Origin: an uncultured Candidatus Binatia bacterium
Lineage (GTDB): Bacteria; Desulfobacterota; Binatia; UBA9968; JAJDTQ01
NCBI GenBank assembly: GCA_964291295.2
Contig: OZ219754.1
Location: forward strand, 992,001 to 1,056,000
Direction of reading: 5' to 3'
DNA length: 64,000 bases
The notes beneath the pieces are model-generated. The model saw only the letters and a program-made list of their open reading frames with translations, was not told the DNA's origin and did not search any database. Position numbers and translations under genes: made by a program. Positions within the stretch are counted from its first letter, which is position 1; each line of letters starts with the position of its first letter. Positions 17,171 to 26,714 of the stretch are shown here, piece after piece.

Positions 17171-20078
17171 GGACCCTTGGTACAAGATCGTCACGCCCAG
17201 GCAGGAGGTGCGTGAAGGGCGCTCCTTCAGCCCGGACGAGTTCGCCATCGCCTTGGAACAGGTGGTTGCCGGCACCGCGCCGCCGGACTACCGCGACCCG
17301 GCGCAGTTCTTCTCGCGCACCTGCTTCACCCGCGCCCTGAAGGATCAGGCGGGCATGGTCCTTCGCCGCCTCGCCGGCGAGACACAGAATACGTCTCCGG
17401 TGTTGACGCTGGTTACCCAGTTCGGTGGAGGCAAGACACACACGTTGACCGCGCTCCATCATCTCGCCAACACCGGGCCACAGGCCCGGAGCCTGCCCGG
17501 CGTATCGGCTCTGCTCAACGAGGCGGGCATCTCCGGAGCACCCGACGCCCGGGTCGGCGTCTTCGTGGGCAACGCCTGGGACCCGTCGGAAGGACGGGAG
17601 ACGCCCTGGATCGATCTCGCGCGCCAGATCGCGGGCGACAAAGGGGTCGCCGCGCTCGGAACCGCGGCGAAGACCACGCCGCCGGGGACCGAAGCAATCT
17701 CCAGGGTGTTTGCCGCGGCGGAAGACCCCGTGTTGCTGCTGTTCGACGAGGTTCTGAACTTCATCAACCGGCACCGCGACCGGGCGGAGAGCTTTCATGC
17801 CTTCATTCAGAATCTGACGGTTGCGGTAACGGGCGTTGCCGGGGCGGCGGCCGTCATCAGCCTGCCGCGCAGCCAGGTGGAGATGACCGACTGGGACCGT
17901 CAATGGCAGGATCGGATCACCAAGGTCGTGCGTCGCGTTGCGCGCGACCTCATCGCCAACGACGAAGCCGAGATCGGCGATGTGGTTCGTCGTCGATTGT
18001 TCGAGGATCTGGGCGACGAGAGAATCCGCAGGCGAGTCTCGAAGGCGTACGCGGACTGGTGTTTCGAGCGGACCGCCCGGCTCCCGTCCGAATGGATGGT
18101 GGTGGACAGTACCACCACCGAGGCCAGGGCGCGCGAGGTTCTGAGAAGCCGGTTCGAGTCATGCTATCCCTTCCATCCGTCGACGCTCTCCGTCTTCCGG
18201 CGGAAGTGGAGCGCACTTGCCCAGTTTCAGCAAACCCGCGGCACGCTTGCGATGCTGGCACAATGGGTGTCGTGGGCGGCGCGCCAGCAATTCCAGCAAG
18301 CGCGGACGGAACCGCTGATCACGCTCGGGTCGGCGCCGCTGCATGTCCCCGAGTTCCGCGCCGTCGTACTCGGACAATTGGGGGAACAGCGGCTCGATGT
18401 CGCCATCAACACCGATATCGCGGGTCCCACGGGTCATGCCGGAGCGCTGGACGCCGATACCAAGGGACCGCTTCGCGGCATTCACCGCCGGGTCGGCGCT
18501 GCCATCCTGTTCGAGTCCTCCGGCGGGCAAGTGGACAAGGTGGCCCATCTTCCCGAACTGCGCTTTGCCCTGGGCGAACCCGAGGTCGAGACCACGACTG
18601 TCGACACCGCCGCGGCGGCATTGGAGTCGTCGGGATTTTTCATCCGCAAGGTCGGTACGGACGGGTTCCGTATCCACTACCAGGCGACTCTGAAAAAGGT
18701 CGTCAGCGACCGCCGCGCGGCGCTCAACGACGAGACGGAGACCCGTCCCGCCATTCGCAAGCTGGTCAAGGAGGCGTTTTCGCACCGAGCCAACCTCCCG
18801 GTCATCGCATTCCCCGAAGACGGCACCGCCATTCAGGACACGCCTCGGCTGATGCTGGTCGTTCTGGACCCGGAAGCGGAATGGATACCCGACGGCGATA
18901 CCGCGACGAACGTCGTTGCCAGGAACATCGCCCGATGGACCCGGCAGCGGGGAGCGTCGCCGAGACTCTATCCGGCGTCGCTGGTCTGGTGTGCGAAGAA
19001 GCCGGGACGAGAACTGCGGGATCGTGTCGAGCGATGGCTTGCCTGGCAACGTGTGTCGAGGGATGTGGCCGACGGTCTGCTCGGAACCGAGTTCGACCGC
19101 GACGATCGGAATGAGATTCGGACCCGGATCGCCGATGCGGAAAACGCGGTGAGGGACGAAGTATGGGGCAGTTACCGGTTCGTCGCCCTTGCCGACGCCT
19201 TGGGAAGGTCTGAACAACCCGAGGTCGCTGGGGATGGCTCAATAAAATCAACAGGTGGCGAGCAGGTCCCTGTCGCGCCAGCACCTCGTTCAGACCTTCC
19301 CAAGGCGCAGTCCGGTCTCAGGATCATCGACCTTGGCGCCGGCCACAGCAGCGCCAGCGAGACCATGTGCGGCCGGGTTGTGACTGCCCTCAGGACCGAA
19401 GGCCTGCTCAGCGAGACCGTCGCTGCCGGATATCTCGACCGGCACTGGCCGCCCGCGTTCAAGGACTCCGGAGCCTGGCCGCTCACCAGTCTGCGCCAGA
19501 GTTTTCTCAACGGTTCGTTGACCCGGCTCATGGATCCCGATGCCGTGCTGCGCCGCAAGCTGGTGGAGTTTGTCGAGAGCGGCGCATTCGGCCTTGCTTC
19601 GTGCTCCGGGACGCACGGCCAGTACGAGCGCCTGTGGTATGCCGAGCCGGTCCCGGTCGAGGAGGTGGCGTTCGAACCGAGCGTGTTCCTGCTGACCAAG
19701 GCTCGGAGCGAGGCACTGCGGCCGCCGGCAGGGCAGAATCCGAAGCTGAAACCCGAGGGCGGTCCAGTACCGACGCCGACGCCCATACCCAATCCCGCAC
19801 CCACCCCTGATCCCGGAGGTCGGACCAATTCCGACTCCGACGATCCGGCGTCCGCTGCCCGGGTTCGACTCCGGGTGTCCGGAACAGTGCCGCCGGAGTT
19901 ATGGAACCGTCTCGGCACGAAAGTTGTTCCAAGGCTCCGGTCCGGCCAGGCGCTTACCGTGGGGGTCCAATTCGAAGTCGAGACTTCCGCAAATGCCGCC
20001 GCTTCCATGGAAGCGGACCTCCGACGCACACTGGACGAATTGGGTCTTGGAGATCGAATCCTTGTCGAACGACCGTAG
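17163..20078 (+). CDS. DUF499 AAA+ ATPase
   Basis: PWYKIVTPRQEV, TQFGGGKTH, LLLFDE, YPFHPS, FQQTRGTL; overlaps PIN gene end by 8 nt. Confidence 0.9.
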   Translation: MTRDPWYKIVTPRQEVREGRSFSPDEFAIALEQVVAGTAPPDYRDPAQFFSRTCFTRALKDQAGMVLRRLAGETQNTSPVLTLVTQFGGGKTHTLTALHHLANTGPQARSLPGVSALLNEAGISGAPDARVGVFVGNAWDPSEGRETPWIDLARQIAGDKGVAALGTAAKTTPPGTEAISRVFAAAEDPVLLLFDEVLNFINRHRDRAESFHAFIQNLTVAVTGVAGAAAVISLPRSQVEMTDWDRQWQDRITKVVRRVARDLIANDEAEIGDVVRRRLFEDLGDERIRRRVSKAYADWCFERTARLPSEWMVVDSTTTEARAREVLRSRFESCYPFHPSTLSVFRRKWSALAQFQQTRGTLAMLAQWVSWAARQQFQQARTEPLITLGSAPLHVPEFRAVVLGQLGEQRLDVAINTDIAGPTGHAGALDADTKGPLRGIHRRVGAAILFESSGGQVDKVAHLPELRFALGEPEVETTTVDTAAAALESSGFFIRKVGTDGFRIHYQATLKKVVSDRRAALNDETETRPAIRKLVKEAFSHRANLPVIAFPEDGTAIQDTPRLMLVVLDPEAEWIPDGDTATNVVARNIARWTRQRGASPRLYPASLVWCAKKPGRELRDRVERWLAWQRVSRDVADGLLGTEFDRDDRNEIRTRIADAENAVRDEVWGSYRFVALADALGRSEQPEVAGDGSIKSTGGEQVPVAPAPRSDLPKAQSGLRIIDLGAGHSSASETMCGRVVTALRTEGLLSETVAAGYLDRHWPPAFKDSGAWPLTSLRQSFLNGSLTRLMDPDAVLRRKLVEFVESGAFGLASCSGTHGQYERLWYAEPVPVEEVAFEPSVFLLTKARSEALRPPAGQNPKLKPEGGPVPTPTPIPNPAPTPDPGGRTNSDSDDPASAARVRLRVSGTVPPELWNRLGTKVVPRLRSGQALTVGVQFEVETSANAAASMEADLRRTLDELGLGDRILVERP

Positions 20079-20123
20079 ATACCGGCGGGCGGGGGGTCGT
20101 GCCCCGGCCATGTGGCGGGATGT

Positions 20124-20152
20124 CGGTTGCCGGCGTCTGGCAACCGGTTGCC
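20124..20152. promoter_or_regulatory. Overlapping inverted repeats upstream of AlbA_2 gene
   Basis: CGGTTGCC-N7-GGCAACCG (20124-20146) and perfect GGCAACCGGTTGCC (20139-20152). Confidence 0.45.
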
Positions 20153-20168
20153 GCAGTGGTGATGCTCC

Positions 20169-21566
20169 ATGACACCTGAGCAGATTGCCGCAATCGTGGC
20201 CGCCGGGGAATCGGACACGCTCGAATGCAAGGCCTCCACGGGAACGCGGCGCGAGGCTGCGGAAACCGTGTGCGCCATGCTCAACCAACACGGCGGCCTT
20301 GTGTTCTTCGGCATTGCTCCCGGCGGCCGCGTCGTTGGTCAGCAGGTTTCCGAGCGGACGATGGAGGAGGTGATCGCCGAGTTCGGTAGGATCGACCCGC
20401 CCGCGTTTCCCGAGATCGAGAGGGTTCGTCTGGACGGGCAGTCGGAAGTGATCGCGGTTCGCGTGAGTCCCGGGTCGTCGGCGCCGTACCGGTACCGCGG
20501 CACCGCCTATCGGCGCGCCGGCAACACGACGCAGACCATGTCCGCCGAGGAGTACAACCGCATCCTCTTCGAGCGGGTGCACAACGAGCGGCGCTGGGAG
20601 AACCAGCCTGCCGGCGGATGGTCTGTCGGCGACCTTGATGTGGCGGAGATTCGAAACACCGTTGCCGAGGCGGTGCGCGTCGGCCGCCTGAACGAGCTCG
20701 GCACCCGCGAACCGGAAGACTTGCTGCGCGGATTGGGAGTGCTTCGCGACGGTGTCCTGTTCCGGGCGGCGGCGGTGCTGTTCGGTGGTACGGAGCGTCT
20801 CGAGTACGACATGCCGCAGTGCCTGCTGCGCGTCGCGCGCTTTCGGGGTTTCGATCGTTCGGAGTTTCTCGACAACCGCCAGTTCAACGGCAACGCCTTC
20901 ACGCTGCTTGCCGCCGCCGAGCGATTCCTGCGTGAGACCCTGCCCATCGCCAGTCGTTTCGAGTCGGGTCGGATGACGCGGATCGATGAGCCGCTCTATC
21001 CGCCCCTGGCCATACGGGAAGCACTGGCCAACGCCCTCTGTCACCGCGACTATGCGGTGGGCGGCGGCTCCATCGGCGTCGCGGTCTACGACGACCGGTT
21101 GGAAGTGACCTCGACCGGTCCGCTGCACTTCGGGCTTGTGTCCGGCGACCTGTTTGCACCGCATGAGTCGCGGCCCTGGAATCCGCTGATTGCCAGGACG
21201 TTCTACCGGCGCGGCATCATTGAGGAGTGGGGCCGCGGAACGATCCAGATGGCGGAATTGGCGGCCAGTGCCGGTTTGCCTCGCCCCGAGATCGAGGCGA
21301 AGGGTGACTGCGTGACGGTGCGCTTCCGGCAGAGTCGCGAGGTGTCCTTTCGGCAGGATGAAGCCGGGCTGACGGATCAGCAGGTTGCGATTCTGCGGCT
21401 GTTGCGAGGTGCCGACCGCGCACTTGCCCTCCGGGAGATTCGGTCCCTGGCGGGACGTCAAACGGATGACGAGCGGCGACTTCGCGGGGACCTCGCCATT
21501 CTCAAGTCGAAGGGATTGGCTGATTCGACCGGGCGTGGCCGAGGCGCACGCTGGAAAGCCCGGTAG
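20169..21566 (+). CDS. AlbA_2 (Schlafen-like) + HATPase_c_4 + wHTH protein
   Basis: GESDTLECKAS...VCAMLNQHGGLVFFGI; REALANALCHRDY; NPLIARTF..RGIIEEWGRG; C-terminal GRGRGARW wing. Confidence 0.88.
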   Translation: MTPEQIAAIVAAGESDTLECKASTGTRREAAETVCAMLNQHGGLVFFGIAPGGRVVGQQVSERTMEEVIAEFGRIDPPAFPEIERVRLDGQSEVIAVRVSPGSSAPYRYRGTAYRRAGNTTQTMSAEEYNRILFERVHNERRWENQPAGGWSVGDLDVAEIRNTVAEAVRVGRLNELGTREPEDLLRGLGVLRDGVLFRAAAVLFGGTERLEYDMPQCLLRVARFRGFDRSEFLDNRQFNGNAFTLLAAAERFLRETLPIASRFESGRMTRIDEPLYPPLAIREALANALCHRDYAVGGGSIGVAVYDDRLEVTSTGPLHFGLVSGDLFAPHESRPWNPLIARTFYRRGIIEEWGRGTIQMAELAASAGLPRPEIEAKGDCVTVRFRQSREVSFRQDEAGLTDQQVAILRLLRGADRALALREIRSLAGRQTDDERRLRGDLAILKSKGLADSTGRGRGARWKAR

Positions 21567-21580
21567 GCCGGTCTGTGGGC

Positions 21581-21800
21581 TTATTCTGGCTTATTCCGGC
21601 TCATTCTGGCTTATTCCGGCTCATTCCGGCTCATTCCGGCTTATTCCGGCTCATTCCGGCTTATTCCGGCTCATTCCGGCTCATTCCGGCTCATTCCGGC
21701 TCATTCCGGCTCATTCCGGCTCATTCCGGCTTATTCCGGCTTATTCCGGCTTATTCTGGCTCATTCTGGCTCATTCCGGCTTATTCCGGCTTATTCCGGC
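21581..21800. repeat. Tandem repeat, 22 x 10 bp, TYATTCYGGC
   Basis: Contiguous units TTATTCCGGC/TCATTCCGGC/TTATTCTGGC/TCATTCTGGC, no spacers; degenerates to about 21860. Confidence 0.97.
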
Positions 21801-21934
21801 TCATTTGGAGCATTCTGGAAAATTCCCGCTCCTTCCGGTCCATTCGGAACATTCCGGCAACAGGCAACCCATGCTGTGCCGACACGCTTCCGCCAGTCTC
21901 GGCGACTTCATCGACTTCATGAATGGCGCGGTTT

Positions 21935-22025
21935 TTCGCAGCCGCCGCTTGTCCTGCCGCTCATCCGTTTGCCGTCCCGCCAGAGATCGAATCCTTCCAG
22001 AGGGCGCCCGTGCGTTCGGCGACTC
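21935..22025 (-). pseudogene. Inverted degenerate copy of AlbA_2 gene 3' (wHTH) segment
   Basis: Minus strand reads ...RIRSLAGRQTDERQDKRRLR, matching EIRSLAGRQTDDERRLR encoded at about 21430-21490. Confidence 0.7.
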
Positions 22026-22031
22026 TCGTTC

Positions 22032-22060
22032 TTGACATTTCCACCGGGCGCAAGTAGCGT
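22032..22060 (+). promoter_or_regulatory. Sigma70-like promoter for TRAP operon
   Basis: TTGACA-17 nt-TAGCGT. Confidence 0.5.
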
Positions 22061-22142
22061 CAGCTACATTCATGGTCCGGATTGATGGTCCGGATACGCG
22101 CGCCCGCACGGCGCGGCGGAAGAGGAGCGAAAGGAGATCACG

Positions 22143-23114
22143 ATGGGTCAGATCAGGTTGAGTCGATTGCAGCGGTTTCTCACAGTCTCGGTGATTGCGG
22201 TTCTTGTCGCGGCGCTGGCTCCCGCGGCCTTGGCGGAAAGCTACAAGTTCGGCGTCTCGAAGCCCGGCGGCTCCTGGTATCCCATCGGAACGGTGGCCCA
22301 GCGGCTGGCCGAAAAGAACAACGGCGACAGCGTGACGCTGGACATCGGCGGCGGTACGTCCAATCTGCTGAACGTCATGGCCGGGAAGACCAGCTTCGGC
22401 CTGACCAGCGCGACGACCATTCAGGATGCGCTCAAGGGCGCCAAGATGTTCAAGGGCAAGGAGGCGCAGGCCAGGAAGGTGCGCGTGGCCGCGGTGCTGT
22501 ATCCCAACTATCTTTTCTGGGTGGTGTGGGCCGATTCCGGCATCACCTCCTGGCGGCAACTCAAGGGCAAGAGCGTCAACGTCCTGCCCAAGGCGTTTTC
22601 CTTCCAGGCGCTGAACCAGCAGATGCTGGGCGCCCTGGGCATCCAGTACGGTGATTTTTCCAAGGTCAACTATCTCAACTTCAACGATGCCGTGGCCCAG
22701 ATGAAGGACAAGCACATTGATGCCTACCTCGGACCCGGCGAGGAGAACTACTCGCCCATCGTGCAGTTGGCGGCCCATGCACCGATCCGCATCCTGTCGT
22801 TCTCCGGGGAGGATGTCGCGAAGATGAACGGGGCCAATGCCGCGGTCGTCCCCTTCACCCTGGACAAGATGCACTACGATCAGGGGTCCGACGTGAACAC
22901 CGTGCAGACCTTCGTGCTCATCGTCACCAACGAGGACGTTCCGGCCGATCGGGTCTACAAGTTCACGAAGAACGTCTACGCGCACCTGGGCGAGTTCGCC
23001 GGCGCCGTGAAGGCCATGGGGCGGGTCAAGGCGGAGAACGCCACCGTCAATGTGGGCGCGCCGCGGCACGCGGGCACGGACCGCTACCTCAAGGAAGCCG
23101 GACTCATGAAGTAA
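22143..23114 (+). CDS. TAXI-family TRAP transporter solute receptor
   Basis: Signal peptide, GGSWYPIG, GGGTSNL, LYPNYL, QLKGKSVN, terminal PRHAGTDRYLKEAG. Confidence 0.9.
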   Translation: MGQIRLSRLQRFLTVSVIAVLVAALAPAALAESYKFGVSKPGGSWYPIGTVAQRLAEKNNGDSVTLDIGGGTSNLLNVMAGKTSFGLTSATTIQDALKGAKMFKGKEAQARKVRVAAVLYPNYLFWVVWADSGITSWRQLKGKSVNVLPKAFSFQALNQQMLGALGIQYGDFSKVNYLNFNDAVAQMKDKHIDAYLGPGEENYSPIVQLAAHAPIRILSFSGEDVAKMNGANAAVVPFTLDKMHYDQGSDVNTVQTFVLIVTNEDVPADRVYKFTKNVYAHLGEFAGAVKAMGRVKAENATVNVGAPRHAGTDRYLKEAGLMK

Positions 23115-23128
23115 GCCGGACGCTCCGG

Positions 23129-23158
23129 CACGGGGCCGGCCGCGACGCCGGCCCCGTG
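23129..23158 (+). terminator. Intercistronic GC-rich hairpin (terminator or mRNA stabiliser)
   Basis: CACGGGGCCGGC-CGCGAC-GCCGGCCCCGTG, 12-bp perfect stem after the receptor gene. Confidence 0.55.
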
Positions 23159-23240
23159 TGCTTCGTTTCCGGACCTTCGATCCACCGAGCCAACGCCCGG
23201 GTGTCCGCGCCGCACCGGACACCCGGCGGAGAGCGGCGCC

Positions 23241-25145
23241 ATGCATCGCAACCTCACCGGTCTTGCGGGGCTCCTGTTGAGCCTGGCGGCATTCGCCGCT
23301 TCCACCTACCACCTTTACACCGGCCTGTTCGGCCAGCCCGAAGCCTATCTGCACCGCGTGATCCATGTCACGCTGATGGTCTTCATTACCTTCATGGGCT
23401 ACTCGGCGTTCAGCCGGACGGACGACGGGAAGCTCCCCTGGTACGATGTCGTCATCGTCGTGTTGTGGCTCGTGACCATGGGCTACACCTTCTACGAGTA
23501 TGACTGGATCGTCGAGCACATCGGCTACACCGAGGACTTCCCGCTCTTCCAGCTGGTGCTGGCCTTCGGCGCGGTGGCGTTGACGCTGGAGGCCTGCCGC
23601 CGGGCCATCGGCTGGCCGCTGGCGGCGCTGGCCCTGATCATCTTCCTGTTCGCATTCGCCGGGCCGTACCTGCCGGGGTTCCTCTATCACCTGGGCTACA
23701 CGCCCTCGGCCGTGGCCGACAACCAGTACTTCCTGACGGACGGGCTGTTCGGGCTTCCGACCCACATCTCGGCCAACTTCATCTTTCTTTTCATCGTCTT
23801 CGGCGCCTTTCTCGAAAAGTCCGGCTTCGGCCAGTTCACCATCGAGTTCGCCACCGCCCTTGCCGGGCGGTTCCGGGGCGGGCCTGCCAAGATCGCTGTG
23901 TTGTCCAGCGGCCTCATGGGCTCCATCTCGGGCAGCAGCACGGCCAACGCGGTCATCACCGGCTCCTTCACCATCCCGATGATGAAGAAGATCGGCTTCC
24001 GGGACTACATGGCCGGGGCGGTGGAGGCCTCCGCCTCCACCGGAGGACTGATCATGCCGCCGGTCATGGCCTCCGCCGGCTTCCTCATGTCGGAGTACAC
24101 CGGCATCGCCTACGTCAGCGTAATGCAGTACATCCTGATCCCGGCGGTGCTGTACTTCCTCGCCGTCGGCATCATGGTGCACATCTACGCGGTCAAGCAG
24201 AATATCCCCACGGTGCCGCGGGAGGAGTTGCCGAGCCTCAGGCAGACCATCCTTGATCGGGGTCACTTGGCGCTGCCGCTGCTGATCCTCATTTACCTGC
24301 TGGTGGCCGGCTACAGCCCCGGCTACGCGGTGGTGCGCTGCATCATCGCCATCGTGATCGTGAGCTGGCTCCGCAAGCACACGCGCATGGGCCTCAGGGA
24401 CGTGTGGGACGCGCTCGTCCAGGGCGGCATCCAGGCCACCGTGGTGGCCGTGGCCATCATCACCTCGGGCATCATGGTGGGCATCTTCGACCTCACCGGG
24501 GTTGCCATCAAGTTCTCCGGCGTCATCGTGGACCTGGCGGGCGGGCAGCTGTTGCTGGCGCTGGTCTACGTCATGATCACTGCCATCATCCTGGGCATGG
24601 GCCTGCCGCTGTCGTCCGCCTACATCGTGCAGGTGGGGATCGCCATCCCGGCGCTGGTGGTGATGCTCAGGAACATGGGCCTCGACGCCGATGCCATCGT
24701 GCCCCAGGCGCACCTGTTCGTGATCTTCTTCTGCGCCTTCTCCTCCATAACCCCGCCCACCGCGCCCACGAGCTACGCCGCCGCGGCCATCGCCCAGTCC
24801 CCGGTGGTGCCCACGTCCGTCGAAGCCGTGAAGCTGGCCCTGCCCGCCTTCGTGCTCCCCTACGCCTTCGTGGCCAACTCCGCGCTGCTCACCATCGGCA
24901 CGGCCGGGGATGTCACGCTGACGGTCTTCTTTGCCGTGTGCAGCATGGTGGCCATGGGCATGGCCGTGCAGGGCTACTGCTTCAGGAACCTCGATCCCGT
25001 CACCCGCGCCCTTCTCCTCGCCGCCAGTCTTGGCATGATTACCCCCTGGACCCACTGGAATTTCGCCGGCCTGGTGCTGGGCGCCGCCCTGACCGGCTGG
25101 GAGTGGTTCCGGGCAAGGGCGCGGACGGCGGCCGCGGGCGCATAG
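23241..25145 (+). CDS. TRAP transporter fused permease (4TM/12TM)
   Basis: FIVFGAFLEKSG, GGPAKIAV, SGSSTANAVITGSFTIPMM, ASTGGLIMPPVM, ITPP. Confidence 0.92.
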   Translation: MHRNLTGLAGLLLSLAAFAASTYHLYTGLFGQPEAYLHRVIHVTLMVFITFMGYSAFSRTDDGKLPWYDVVIVVLWLVTMGYTFYEYDWIVEHIGYTEDFPLFQLVLAFGAVALTLEACRRAIGWPLAALALIIFLFAFAGPYLPGFLYHLGYTPSAVADNQYFLTDGLFGLPTHISANFIFLFIVFGAFLEKSGFGQFTIEFATALAGRFRGGPAKIAVLSSGLMGSISGSSTANAVITGSFTIPMMKKIGFRDYMAGAVEASASTGGLIMPPVMASAGFLMSEYTGIAYVSVMQYILIPAVLYFLAVGIMVHIYAVKQNIPTVPREELPSLRQTILDRGHLALPLLILIYLLVAGYSPGYAVVRCIIAIVIVSWLRKHTRMGLRDVWDALVQGGIQATVVAVAIITSGIMVGIFDLTGVAIKFSGVIVDLAGGQLLLALVYVMITAIILGMGLPLSSAYIVQVGIAIPALVVMLRNMGLDADAIVPQAHLFVIFFCAFSSITPPTAPTSYAAAAIAQSPVVPTSVEAVKLALPAFVLPYAFVANSALLTIGTAGDVTLTVFFAVCSMVAMGMAVQGYCFRNLDPVTRALLLAASLGMITPWTHWNFAGLVLGAALTGWEWFRARARTAAAGA

Positions 25146-25164
25146 CCTTCACCGGGCCTTTGCA

Positions 25165-26229
25165 TCAGGCACCGCCTGTCCCGTCCCCGACCGTTCCGGC
25201 CATCCTCCGCACCCGCGGCATCACTTCCCGGGCGATGAGCTGGATGACGGATTCGATGCCGCCGCCGGGCGGGGCCAGGACCCAGGTGCCGAAGCGGCGG
25301 ATGCCCATTTCGGCGATGCGCGTGATCTTGGCGGCGACTTCCTCGGGGGTGCCGGCCCATGCGAAGGCGTCGATGAACTCCTCGGGCACCAGCGGCCCGG
25401 CCTCGAACATGAGCTCGTAGTCCCGTCTGGCGATCATGGCTTCCAGATCGGCGGGGACTTTCAGGCCCAACCGGGTGACGAAGGCGCGGTCGGGGTAGCT
25501 GCTCCACAACAGGAAGGCGATCATCTGCCGGACCCCGGCCCGCGCCTTGTCCCGGTCCCGGTCCACGCAGGTGTCGACGCGCGAGATGATCTCGATCGCT
25601 TCGGGGTCGCGGCCGGCCTGTTTCGCCCCCTCCCGGACGGAGTCCCGGGCAATGCCGATGCCCTCGGGGGTGGCCATGGTGGCAATCATGGCGCCGTCCG
25701 CCACCCGCCCGGCCAAACGGAACACGGCGGCACCGCGGGTGGCGATGACGATGCGGATGTCGGGGCGGGCCTTGAATCCGAGCACGCCGTTCCGGACGCT
25801 CACGACTTTGCCGTTCACGGTCACGGGCTCGCCCGCCCACATGCCGCGCATGATGGCGATGGCGTCGCGCATGGCATCCACCGGGCGCTCCCGCCGGATG
25901 CCCATGGCCGGAAAACCCGAGCCGCCGGCGCCGATGCCGACGGTGACGCGGCCGGACGAGATGTCGTCCACCGTGGCCATGGCGGCCGCGGCAAGGGCCG
26001 GATGGACGCTGTAGGGGTCGGCGACGGCGGCGCCGATACCGATGCGTTCGGTGCGGGCGGCGCTCAGGGTCATGGTGGCCACCATGTCGCGGCCGAACTT
26101 CTCGTTGGAGTGCCACAGGCGGTCGAAGCCGAGTGCCTCGGCGCTCTCGATGACGGCGACGCGCCGGGACAGGGGGTAGGCGCTGACGGTTCGCGAACTG
26201 AAGCCCAGGTCGAATCGAATATCGGTCAT
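25165..26229 (-). CDS. LLM-class flavin-dependent oxidoreductase (Mer-like)
   Basis: AEALGFDRLWHSNE, TERIGIGAAVADPYSVHP, ISSGRVTVGIGAGG, AGRVADG. Confidence 0.88.
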   Translation of the reverse strand: MTDIRFDLGFSSRTVSAYPLSRRVAVIESAEALGFDRLWHSNEKFGRDMVATMTLSAARTERIGIGAAVADPYSVHPALAAAAMATVDDISSGRVTVGIGAGGSGFPAMGIRRERPVDAMRDAIAIMRGMWAGEPVTVNGKVVSVRNGVLGFKARPDIRIVIATRGAAVFRLAGRVADGAMIATMATPEGIGIARDSVREGAKQAGRDPEAIEIISRVDTCVDRDRDKARAGVRQMIAFLLWSSYPDRAFVTRLGLKVPADLEAMIARRDYELMFEAGPLVPEEFIDAFAWAGTPEEVAAKITRIAEMGIRRFGTWVLAPPGGGIESVIQLIAREVMPRVRRMAGTVGDGTGGA

Positions 26230-26379
26230 GCGGTCCTTTCGAGAGACGCGGCCGGGTCACGCTTTGTCAAGCCCGCCCGCGGGGCGCTGCAGGGGCGCAT
26301 GCGCCCCGGATACCGCACCGCGTACGGGGACATGCTTCGTCAAGCCCGCCTGCGGGACGCTGCATGGGCCGGCGGCACC

Positions 26380-26600
26380 GAGCCACCGGCGCCGATGCCG
26401 CCGGTGATACGACCGGACGAGATGTCGTCCACCGTGGCCATGGCGGCCGCGGCAAGACGCTGCAGGGGTCGGCGACGGCGGTGCCGATACCGATGCGTTT
26501 GGTGCGGGCGGCGTTCAGGGTCATGTTGGCCACCCCGCCGCGGCCGAACTTTTCGTTGGAGTGCCACAGGCGGTCAAGGCCGAGTACGCCGGCGCTCTTG
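26380..26600 (-). pseudogene. Degenerate duplicate fragment of the adjacent LLM gene 5' region
   Basis: High identity to about 25920-26150 (MATVDDISSGRITGGIGAGG; TLNAARTKRIGIGTAVADP) with indels. Confidence 0.8.
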
Positions 26601-26714
26601 CGTCGCGCGAGGCGATGCGGGCGGGCTCCGGCGTGTATCCCGTGCCCAGGATGGCAGCGGGCCGCCGGCCGCGGCCCCCGGCGTCGTCGTCATGAAAGCC
26701 CGTTCCAGTCCGCC

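Noticed and set aside
21581-21800. CRISPR array serving the Cmr complex
   Set aside because: Contiguous 10-bp units with no unique spacers; the LFRLIPAHSG-repeat ORFs over it are by-products of the repeat.
8999-21800. Integrative element or prophage carrying the defence operon
   Set aside because: No integrase, transposase, phage gene, tRNA target or flanking direct repeat was identified in the window.
21801-25055. 1084-aa minus-strand ORF and similar long antisense ORFs (2820-4835, 4991-7471, 9704-12394, 42373-44754)
   Set aside because: Shadows of well-supported opposite-strand genes in high-GC DNA; no recognisable motifs.
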